The notes under the pieces were generated by a model, which was given only the letters and a program-made list of their open reading frames with translations, made no database searches and had not been told where the DNA came from. Positions 57,470 to 64,000 of a stretch of 64,000 nucleotides of DNA are shown here, piece by piece (within the stretch, counting starts at the first letter, position 1; each line of letters opens with the position of its first letter). Source of the stretch: Bacteroidota bacterium (lineage in GTDB: Bacteria; Bacteroidota; Bacteroidia; Chitinophagales; LD1); contig JADKJG010000004.1 of assembly GCA_016722375.1 (NCBI GenBank), positions 66,867 to 130,866 of the forward strand, given 5' to 3'. Position numbers and translations under genes: made by a program.

Positions 57470-59529
57470 GTACACCTAATAACAAACCACTGAGGAAACG
57501 AATTATCGTCGTTTCACTTTTCTCTGGGATGGATTTGTTCTTATTGGGCATGGTCAAAGCAGGGATGCAGCCGGGATACGCTGTAGAAAAGAACTTCTAC
57601 GCGTGCCTGATGCACAAAGGCGTATTCAAGCACCCCGACGGCACACCGGTAATGGAACCTTTTGTTATAATAACTAAGGAGGAGTACACATTCAAGAAGA
57701 ACCACCGCGACAAGAACGGTAAGAAGGATATGGAAGATGAGGTGGGCCAGATCAATGGTGTTTATTACCGGACGAAGCTCATCCAGGAAATAAATGGAGG
57801 AACTATCCGGGCGGCCCTGGAGAAGAGGTATGGGAAGGACATCATCATCGTTGTCATAGGCGGCCCCCCTTGTCAGGATTTCACCAACCTTAACTCCGCC
57901 AAAAATACCGGCGAAGACAGCCGTAACCAATTAGTATTTGAGTTCCTGCGGATTGTGGAAGAGTTGAAGCCGGATGTAGCCCTGATGGAACAGGTTCCGG
58001 ACTTTGGTCCCAGTGGAAAGTTCGAAGAGATATATAATTCCTTTCTTGAAGATACGTTCAAGCTACCCTATGAAATCATGGACTGCGAGATGTGTTCAAT
58101 CCACTATCACGGTAGACAGCTTCGGTGGCGAAGGGTATTCCAGTTCGTTCATAAGAGTTACAACACCAAACCTGTATTCCCGAAACCAGAATTAAACAAT
58201 ACGGTATTGGTTAAGGACTTTCTGGACATTGACTACTTTGTGATGGGAGGTTACGACCGGGTGATGCGGCATCCAAACCAATACATGCTGACAGTGACAT
58301 CCGGGAATCCTACGGACTTCTTTAAAGGTGAAATAAAACGACCACCAACTATAGATGAACTCCTGGATTGCTTTGATGTCCCACGGGGTGGTTATCCAAT
58401 ACCTGAAGGCATACCCTTTCAGCAGAAACGGAAAGCAATAGGTAATGGTGTATGTGTCAGTGTGGCCTATGCTTTGGGTAAGACGGTTATCAGTGAGGTA
58501 TTGCGTCTAAAGCCAGATGGTGACGGTTATTTTATTCCTATCGATTCTTCGCCAGATAATCCAGACCTGATGCTGGTGGAGGTGCCACCAACGAATCCTG
58601 CACCGGATGGAGATACTGCTGTCGCTGATCCACTCGATGCCGCACCGGCAACCGACCCAACTCCTATTGAAGAGGAAGTCAAGGAAGAAACTACTCCTCC
58701 CACGGTGCTTCGTAACATCATAACGACAGACGCGAATCACAATAAGATTGAACCACCAAAAATCATCAGCAGCACGTCGCTAGAACAGATGCAGTTTCAG
58801 TCACTCAACTTTGATGGCCTTTGGAACGAATTCTTCGGTTATCCATCCATAAACTTCCATTGCCTTATTCACGGACTCTCCGGTCACGGTAAGAGCACCT
58901 TTGCAATTCAGTTCGCCAAATATCTCGCTGACTATTTCGGACGCGTCATTTATATCAGCGGCGAGGAAGGATTCTCCATGACGTTCAAAGACAAGTTTGT
59001 GAATAACGGCGCCGGGTCGGAGGCGCTTGACGTAGCCGACCTACGGAGCTATGATGATATAATCCAGCACGTGCCACGTTCCGCATACAACTTCATTTTC
59101 ATCGATAGCCTTAATACGATGAAGATTGACGTGAACAAACTAAAGGAGTTACGCACCATGTTTGAAAATACCGCATGGGTCACCATTTCACAATCCACTA
59201 AGGGCGGAGAGATGAGGGGTTCCTACGAAATCGTACACGACTCGGATGTAGCTGTCAAAGTGACTAATGGAATGGCGGTTACTACCAAGAACCGGTTCAA
59301 ACCTCTGGGCTCCAATTTTAGGGTGTTCAAACCGAATAACGATTCACAAAGTATCTTGGAAAGATACCACGACAATCCAGACGAGTCGCCTGGTACTCAA
59401 CCGTCATCCGACAATGGAGTCAGAATATCGAATCTGAAAATTCAGTTAGACGACGCTCTGGCCGCCGAAAACTTTGAACTCGCAGCAAAGCTGAGGGATG
59501 AGATAAATCGCATAGAGGAGCAGAAATAA
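57466..59529 (+). CDS. DNA (cytosine-5) methyltransferase fused to a RecA/KaiC-like P-loop ATPase and a C-terminal UVR motif
   Basis: C5-MTase motifs I (LFSGMD), IV (GGPPCQDFT), VI (MEQVPDF), VIII (QLRWRR) and X (IGNGV). A Pro/Asp-rich linker follows. Then Walker A GLSGHGKST and Walker B FIFIDSL. The sequence ends with ENFELAAKLRDEINRIEE. ATG 57466 overlaps the upstream stop (ATGA). Confidence 0.75.
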   Translation: MSTPNNKPLRKRIIVVSLFSGMDLFLLGMVKAGMQPGYAVEKNFYACLMHKGVFKHPDGTPVMEPFVIITKEEYTFKKNHRDKNGKKDMEDEVGQINGVYYRTKLIQEINGGTIRAALEKRYGKDIIIVVIGGPPCQDFTNLNSAKNTGEDSRNQLVFEFLRIVEELKPDVALMEQVPDFGPSGKFEEIYNSFLEDTFKLPYEIMDCEMCSIHYHGRQLRWRRVFQFVHKSYNTKPVFPKPELNNTVLVKDFLDIDYFVMGGYDRVMRHPNQYMLTVTSGNPTDFFKGEIKRPPTIDELLDCFDVPRGGYPIPEGIPFQQKRKAIGNGVCVSVAYALGKTVISEVLRLKPDGDGYFIPIDSSPDNPDLMLVEVPPTNPAPDGDTAVADPLDAAPATDPTPIEEEVKEETTPPTVLRNIITTDANHNKIEPPKIISSTSLEQMQFQSLNFDGLWNEFFGYPSINFHCLIHGLSGHGKSTFAIQFAKYLADYFGRVIYISGEEGFSMTFKDKFVNNGAGSEALDVADLRSYDDIIQHVPRSAYNFIFIDSLNTMKIDVNKLKELRTMFENTAWVTISQSTKGGEMRGSYEIVHDSDVAVKVTNGMAVTTKNRFKPLGSNFRVFKPNNDSQSILERYHDNPDESPGTQPSSDNGVRISNLKIQLDDALAAENFELAAKLRDEINRIEEQK

Positions 59530-59533
59530 GTCA

Positions 59534-59560
59534 GTCGTGGGTGGGCGGGTATTCCACGAC
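59534..59560. terminator. stem-loop between convergent genes
   Basis: GTCGTGG-N13-CCACGAC. Confidence 0.3.
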
Positions 59561-59567
59561 AATCTGC

Positions 59568-61058
59568 TTAAGCAAGTGTTTTGAGGAACCGGTATATCAC
59601 CACCATCGCCCAGGTATCCAGTCCACAGTATTCGACGAGGTTCTTTCTTTCGGTTGACCAGTCTTTATCAGGTTCGGCCATCATCTTCATGAACAAGACA
59701 CTGGCATCATCGCCGTTATTCACAGTAAGATTCTTATAACTGAGCTTAGGTGCGACCACCGGCAACACCTGCTTGATGCTATACGAGCCGCTGAATTTGT
59801 AATGATAGAACCACTTCTTGTAGAAAGGGAGGGCAAGGTCAATCAAGCGTTCAATTACCGCCTCAATTTGTGATTCATACTTTGGAAACAAAATTGACAG
59901 GTGCCGCAACTTGGAGCGCTCAAAGCCGACGTTCCAAACCAGAATTGTCCCATCTGTGCCTAAGTCGCGAAGCAGAGTAATCAAAAAGTCTTCCCTGAAA
60001 TCTTTACCGGGTTCGGCAAGGTAAGCGCGGCTGACCGGTTCATAGTTTTTCGATTCAATGGTGTGAAGTGAATACTGAAAAGGCGTCTGTTCGTAAGGAT
60101 TTGTACGCTGGAATTTCGGGACGGCGAACCGGATGGTCTCAAAATCAAGGAAGTGAATCGGGTAAACAATCTTGTCAAGAAACTCTCTCAGTGGTTCCTT
60201 GTTCAGGTATATCCCGCGATTGATATGCGCTTCAACCACATAGTTATATGGCGGCTTAAACTGCTTCCATTCCTTTACATCAGAAATCTTACGGACACCT
60301 GAGTGGTACTGCCGGAATCGTTCTTCCGTTTTTCTATAATAACCAAGATCCAGAATGGATTCATCCGGTACATCCTTCCAGCAATGTTCTTTGAAATCAC
60401 AAGTCCAAGGGCTGGTACATTGTTTGCCTATGAGGGTTTCAGGGCAGTTACTACCGATCACTACGTTTTTTAGCTCGGCCACCATCTCGCTTATCTCGTC
60501 CTGCAAGGCCACCGCAAGTGGGTATACCGATTCAATCGTGAACAGCTTCTCAACTTCTATTTCACCGTGCCGTTCATATTCATTATTGAGGTGGATGATG
60601 GAAATATCCTTCAATTCAATCCCGCAATTAGTCATGACCCAAAATTGCAGTGCAGCGTCTGTGATATTGATGTCATGAACTCTAGTGGATGATTTTACCT
60701 CGTAGGCATACCATCCGTCTTCTTTCTTAACCAGTATATCCAGCGCCGCTAGAACGCCGTCGTACTGAAAAGCCGCCTCGTAAATCACGGGTGCACCTTC
60801 CGCCACTAACTTCACCGTCATTTCTATGGAAGGCTGATAGTTGTAGGGTGTGGCCGGACTTGCATCAACGCCACCGGGGAATAATTGATGCGCGAGTTCA
60901 CCGACCTGATGTCCCTGATCGAAAATGAACTGCTTGCTTTCAGAAATAGCGGGAATTAGGTCCCTTCTGTTCTTGTAAAGCCATAGGCTCTTTTTACAAA
61001 TACTACCGCGGATAAAGGTGGATTTAGAGAGGATGTGGTTCGTTTTATTGTGATTCAT
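59568..61058 (-). CDS. DUF2779-type protein: Cas4/RecB-like PD-(D/E)XK nuclease with Cys cluster plus DEDD-like exonuclease half
   Basis: N-terminus LSKSTFIRGSICKKSLWL. Nuclease motif AYEVKSS. Cys cluster C-TSPWTC-DFKEHC. The second half has HFLDFETI and YCGLDTWAMV. Confidence 0.6.
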   Translation of the reverse strand: MNHNKTNHILSKSTFIRGSICKKSLWLYKNRRDLIPAISESKQFIFDQGHQVGELAHQLFPGGVDASPATPYNYQPSIEMTVKLVAEGAPVIYEAAFQYDGVLAALDILVKKEDGWYAYEVKSSTRVHDINITDAALQFWVMTNCGIELKDISIIHLNNEYERHGEIEVEKLFTIESVYPLAVALQDEISEMVAELKNVVIGSNCPETLIGKQCTSPWTCDFKEHCWKDVPDESILDLGYYRKTEERFRQYHSGVRKISDVKEWKQFKPPYNYVVEAHINRGIYLNKEPLREFLDKIVYPIHFLDFETIRFAVPKFQRTNPYEQTPFQYSLHTIESKNYEPVSRAYLAEPGKDFREDFLITLLRDLGTDGTILVWNVGFERSKLRHLSILFPKYESQIEAVIERLIDLALPFYKKWFYHYKFSGSYSIKQVLPVVAPKLSYKNLTVNNGDDASVLFMKMMAEPDKDWSTERKNLVEYCGLDTWAMVVIYRFLKTLA

Positions 61059-61359
61059 TGCATGAAAATAGAGATAAGAAAATTAGAAACCCTCATCAGG
61101 TAAAATCTATTTTATATTGCGTGTTCTTAGAATGAACGGATATAAAAGAGCAAAATTAGAGTTACAGAATAATTCGACACTGAGGTCACAATCGAACAGT
61201 TATTCAGCTTATTTATTGAATCGCCAAAAACGGAATTTGATATAATGAATTTACCATTTGATGGTATCCTACTGAAAGAACGTCGTGAATTAAGAGACTG
61301 GAACTCTTTCATGTTAAAATTTAGAAGGAGGTGATGCCTTTTTTTGCTTATGGTTTGAG

Positions 61360-61731
61360 ATGCTAGTTGATAAATCTAAACTCAAGATTATTTCAGGTGA
61401 GAACCTTAATAAATATTTTCCAGCTCATTTATTGCCTTACCGCGACAAGGATGAATTTACAATGCCTTTGCCACATTTCTATAAGATGCAATTTTACTTT
61501 AGTTCCATTGAAACACTTATCGTTATAGGGTGGAAAGGTAATGAGGCATCGTTCGTCGAACAACTATTACAGCATGCTCGAAAGGTCAAAAAAGTAATTA
61601 AAGTTGACCCTGAGCCAGAATCTGTAAAGAAGAATCTCGTATCACTCATTTCAAGAGACTACGTTGTAACTAAAATTTATAATTCCTTTGAAAGTTTTGT
61701 GATGAGCAATTTTGAAAAAGACCTGAATTGA
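61360..61731 (+). CDS. hypothetical small protein (123 aa)
   Basis: ORF in an AT-rich segment. Its stop lies 8 nt before the next gene. Confidence 0.45.
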   Translation: MLVDKSKLKIISGENLNKYFPAHLLPYRDKDEFTMPLPHFYKMQFYFSSIETLIVIGWKGNEASFVEQLLQHARKVKKVIKVDPEPESVKKNLVSLISRDYVVTKIYNSFESFVMSNFEKDLN

Positions 61732-61738
61732 TACTACT

Positions 61739-63427
61739 ATGGACCGAGGTGTGAAATTTTCAGGTCATCCGGTTATATCCTATAAGGACATTTACGGGGA
61801 AATTGTGTCCGAGCAATTTGCAGATTTATTTAAAGATATTCCTACAAATGTTGTAATTGAAATTGTCTCAAACTTCATGGCTAAAATCCATACAGAAGAG
61901 ACCAGTGCTATTCATCAAGAAGAAATAGTAAAAAACTGGATTGAAAGATTTCCAAACCAAGATAGGAATGAAATCTTGGAAAAATTATCAGAATTCGATT
62001 TCATTTTTTTCAACAACGTATCATCTCTATTTTTCATTGAACATGCGTTACTTAATTTTCAGCCCCACAGAGAAATTGATGACCTAACTCCTAAAGAAGA
62101 GTACCAGCTATTCCGAGCATATTTAAAAGCTACACAAGAATGGACGGAGGCTCAGCATGCTTCGATGAATGTGAAGGCAATCAAGGATACGGAGGATTTT
62201 ATCAAACTTATACTACCTGCATATTTGCCTTACTATGAATTTCGAAAGTTCAAAACCTTTTGGATAGAGTTAGCTAAAGCGATTTATTTCTTCAAATTTA
62301 TTGAACGTGATAATAAATTAGGCCCCTATCTCAACGATTTCTTAACAGTTCAGAAAGTAGCAACTTGGGAGGAATATCTTTTTCGTTTAACCTCAATGTA
62401 CATTCAACCTTTTATATTGGGGAGAAAATCTGTTTTGATTGTTGATGATAAAGATGACGAGACGGACAAATTTCTTGAAAATATAGTGATTGAAGTTTCT
62501 GAGTTTAAGAAAGAGCAAGACTTTCTTAAACTCAGACTTAAACCGGTATACAAGTTGAGTAATCGGCACTTTTCGTTTTTCAATTTCAATTTTTTGGTCG
62601 ACAAAATATTTCAATCAATCCAATTTGACTTTGCCACAATATTGAAAAATAAAGGAGTAGTAAAAGGCTTAGACGAGTTTAAAACCACTTACTACTCTGA
62701 AGAATTCGCGGAAAAATATTTTCTCAACGAAGTGGTGCCTTATCTAATTGGGAAACGAGATAGGGTTATTTCATTAAATGGAGATAAATTAGCTAATCAG
62801 TTGGGTGCTAAAGGGCCGGATTATTATTTAAGGTGTGGCACCAAAATATTTGTCATTGAATTAAAGGATATATTGATTTCAGCTAAAGTAAAATGGTCGC
62901 TTGATTTTGATGTAGTCAAAGATGAAATACTTAGAAAGTTGATGGTAAACGAAAGAGGGAAACCGAAAGGGATAACTCAACTGGTTAACTTCATTACAAC
63001 CTTTAAAAAAGACGGGTTTTTCTTTGATAAACTTAATATTGTGGACGCGAATATCTATCCTATTTTGATTTGCACCGATGATTCTTTAAATGCATTCGGA
63101 GTAAATCGAATTCTTACAACCGAGTTTCGAACTATGTTGCGTTCTCATTCTATTCCTGCAAAAGTTAATGACCCTATTTTAATCCATATTGATACAATAA
63201 TTCAATATCAGGATATAATACATGATAAGAAAATCCCGGTCGCACATCTTTTCAATGCCTATATCGACTTCGTTACTAGGCTAAATAAGTGGGATGAAAT
63301 TCCATTCCATTGGTTTATATCCTTCAAAGATTTTTTACCCAAATACTTATATGATAAAGGGATCCGGGTATCTTTGTTTCCGAGAAGTCTGGGAAAGGTG
63401 CTTTCCGAAATCATTAAAGAGAAATGA
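61739..63427 (+). CDS. hypothetical 562-aa protein with a PD-(D/E)XK-like motif in the C-terminal third
   Basis: GPDYYLRCGTKIFVIELKD fits D-x13-E-x-K, followed by KGITQL. The gene is AT-rich. Confidence 0.5.
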   Translation: MDRGVKFSGHPVISYKDIYGEIVSEQFADLFKDIPTNVVIEIVSNFMAKIHTEETSAIHQEEIVKNWIERFPNQDRNEILEKLSEFDFIFFNNVSSLFFIEHALLNFQPHREIDDLTPKEEYQLFRAYLKATQEWTEAQHASMNVKAIKDTEDFIKLILPAYLPYYEFRKFKTFWIELAKAIYFFKFIERDNKLGPYLNDFLTVQKVATWEEYLFRLTSMYIQPFILGRKSVLIVDDKDDETDKFLENIVIEVSEFKKEQDFLKLRLKPVYKLSNRHFSFFNFNFLVDKIFQSIQFDFATILKNKGVVKGLDEFKTTYYSEEFAEKYFLNEVVPYLIGKRDRVISLNGDKLANQLGAKGPDYYLRCGTKIFVIELKDILISAKVKWSLDFDVVKDEILRKLMVNERGKPKGITQLVNFITTFKKDGFFFDKLNIVDANIYPILICTDDSLNAFGVNRILTTEFRTMLRSHSIPAKVNDPILIHIDTIIQYQDIIHDKKIPVAHLFNAYIDFVTRLNKWDEIPFHWFISFKDFLPKYLYDKGIRVSLFPRSLGKVLSEIIKEK

Positions 63428-63442
63428 AAGAAACATTTATAT

Positions 63443-64000
63443 CTAAGCCCAATTTACGGAAATAGTCGGTGGTGGTATCGACAGTGTGTCAAAAGCCTCT
63501 ATGAAAATCTTGTTAGCTAGCGCCGCGTCATCTGGTAAGCACATTATTGAATCATGAATCGTCACAAATCTGATTCCCTTCTCTATGAGCCGAGGCGCCA
63601 CAACCTGATACATCAGCGCCGCTTCGCTCCGCTGCATGAGGCAGGCGACAAGTGTATAGGCATTGTTGCTTTTCGCATACCGGAACTTCTTTCCGGGAGG
63701 CCGGATTATATCTCTTAACTTGGGAAGTAACATTTCATCCGCATGTTTTATATCCTGAAACATCTTGTGAACGCTGGAAAATGCGTGCCGAAACATCTCG
63801 CGGAACCTGCTATTTTCTCCGTAAACGCGGGTTTTAGAGAATAATACAGAAGAGAAAAACAACTTCTTTATCTTATCTCTCGCTTCCTTGTCTTTGGTAT
63901 CTAAGCCCATACCCCCCATAATGAACTCATATAACCTGCCTTCCACACACAATCTTCTATATAGTAGAAAGTCCGCGTTCCGGGTGTATGGTTCAGCGAT
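63443..64000 (-). CDS. C-terminal part of a divergent family-A polymerase-like protein (5' end outside window)
   Basis: The frame is open to the window edge. Motif-B-like RDKIKKLFFSSVLF, MQRSEAA (compare PMQGTAAD) and motif-C FVTIHDS (compare VHDE in Pol I and IHDS in T7 RNAP). The tail is SVNWA. Confidence 0.55.
   Translation of the reverse strand: MAEPYTRNADFLLYRRLCVEGRLYEFIMGGMGLDTKDKEARDKIKKLFFSSVLFSKTRVYGENSRFREMFRHAFSSVHKMFQDIKHADEMLLPKLRDIIRPPGKKFRYAKSNNAYTLVACLMQRSEAALMYQVVAPRLIEKGIRFVTIHDSIMCLPDDAALANKIFIEAFDTLSIPPPTISVNWA

Noticed and set aside
51618-64000. Calling the island a prophage or an ICE outright.
   Set aside because: No integrase, terminase, capsid, tail, relaxase or T4SS gene, and no att repeat, is visible in the window. 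Only the generic label of mobile-element-like island is supportable.

Overview
This window looks like a Bacteroidota chromosome segment: it has many T9SS C-terminal sorting tails, SprB-type repeats, a GldA-like ABC ATPase and at least one TAnnTTTG-type -7 box. All domain calls were made by eye from motifs. No database search or computation was run, and start codons are approximate.

Layout:
- 1-47.3 kb is mostly core genes: hisB-hisH-hisA/F-hisIE, glyQS, fabG, tsaC (Sua5 type), tyrS, queE, folD, mpl, rpoD and hmgA-hppD. These are interleaved with secreted/T9SS cargo genes and a small R-M-like patch (an MTase fused to an Mrr-like nuclease domain, plus a TM protein). Several genes are frameshifted as assembled: folD, a 4-kb SBBP-repeat gene and a BNR-repeat gene.
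- 47.4-49.0 kb is a decayed accessory scar with a truncated paralogue, a 42-bp tandem array and an IS transposase fragment.
- 51.6-64.0 kb is an accessory, mobile-element-like island with no housekeeping genes. It carries three overlapping unknown ORFs, a YqiA-like hydrolase lacking its nucleophile Ser, a wHTH protein, a ParB-like protein translationally coupled to a C5-MTase/RecA-like ATPase/UVR fusion, a DUF2779-type nuclease, an AT-rich two-gene cassette with a PD-(D/E)XK motif, and a divergent family-A polymerase-like gene running off the window.

Most unusual observations:
1. Three sequence-unrelated, helically phased (21/42 bp) tandem arrays with palindromic cores each sit next to a member of one paralogous FN3-tailed gene family. 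One of them is also next to a stand-alone LytTR protein.
2. The MTase-ATPase-UVR fusion sits downstream of a TGTCGC hexamer cluster.
3. hisA and hisF are fused in frame.

No tRNA, rRNA or CRISPR array was recognised.
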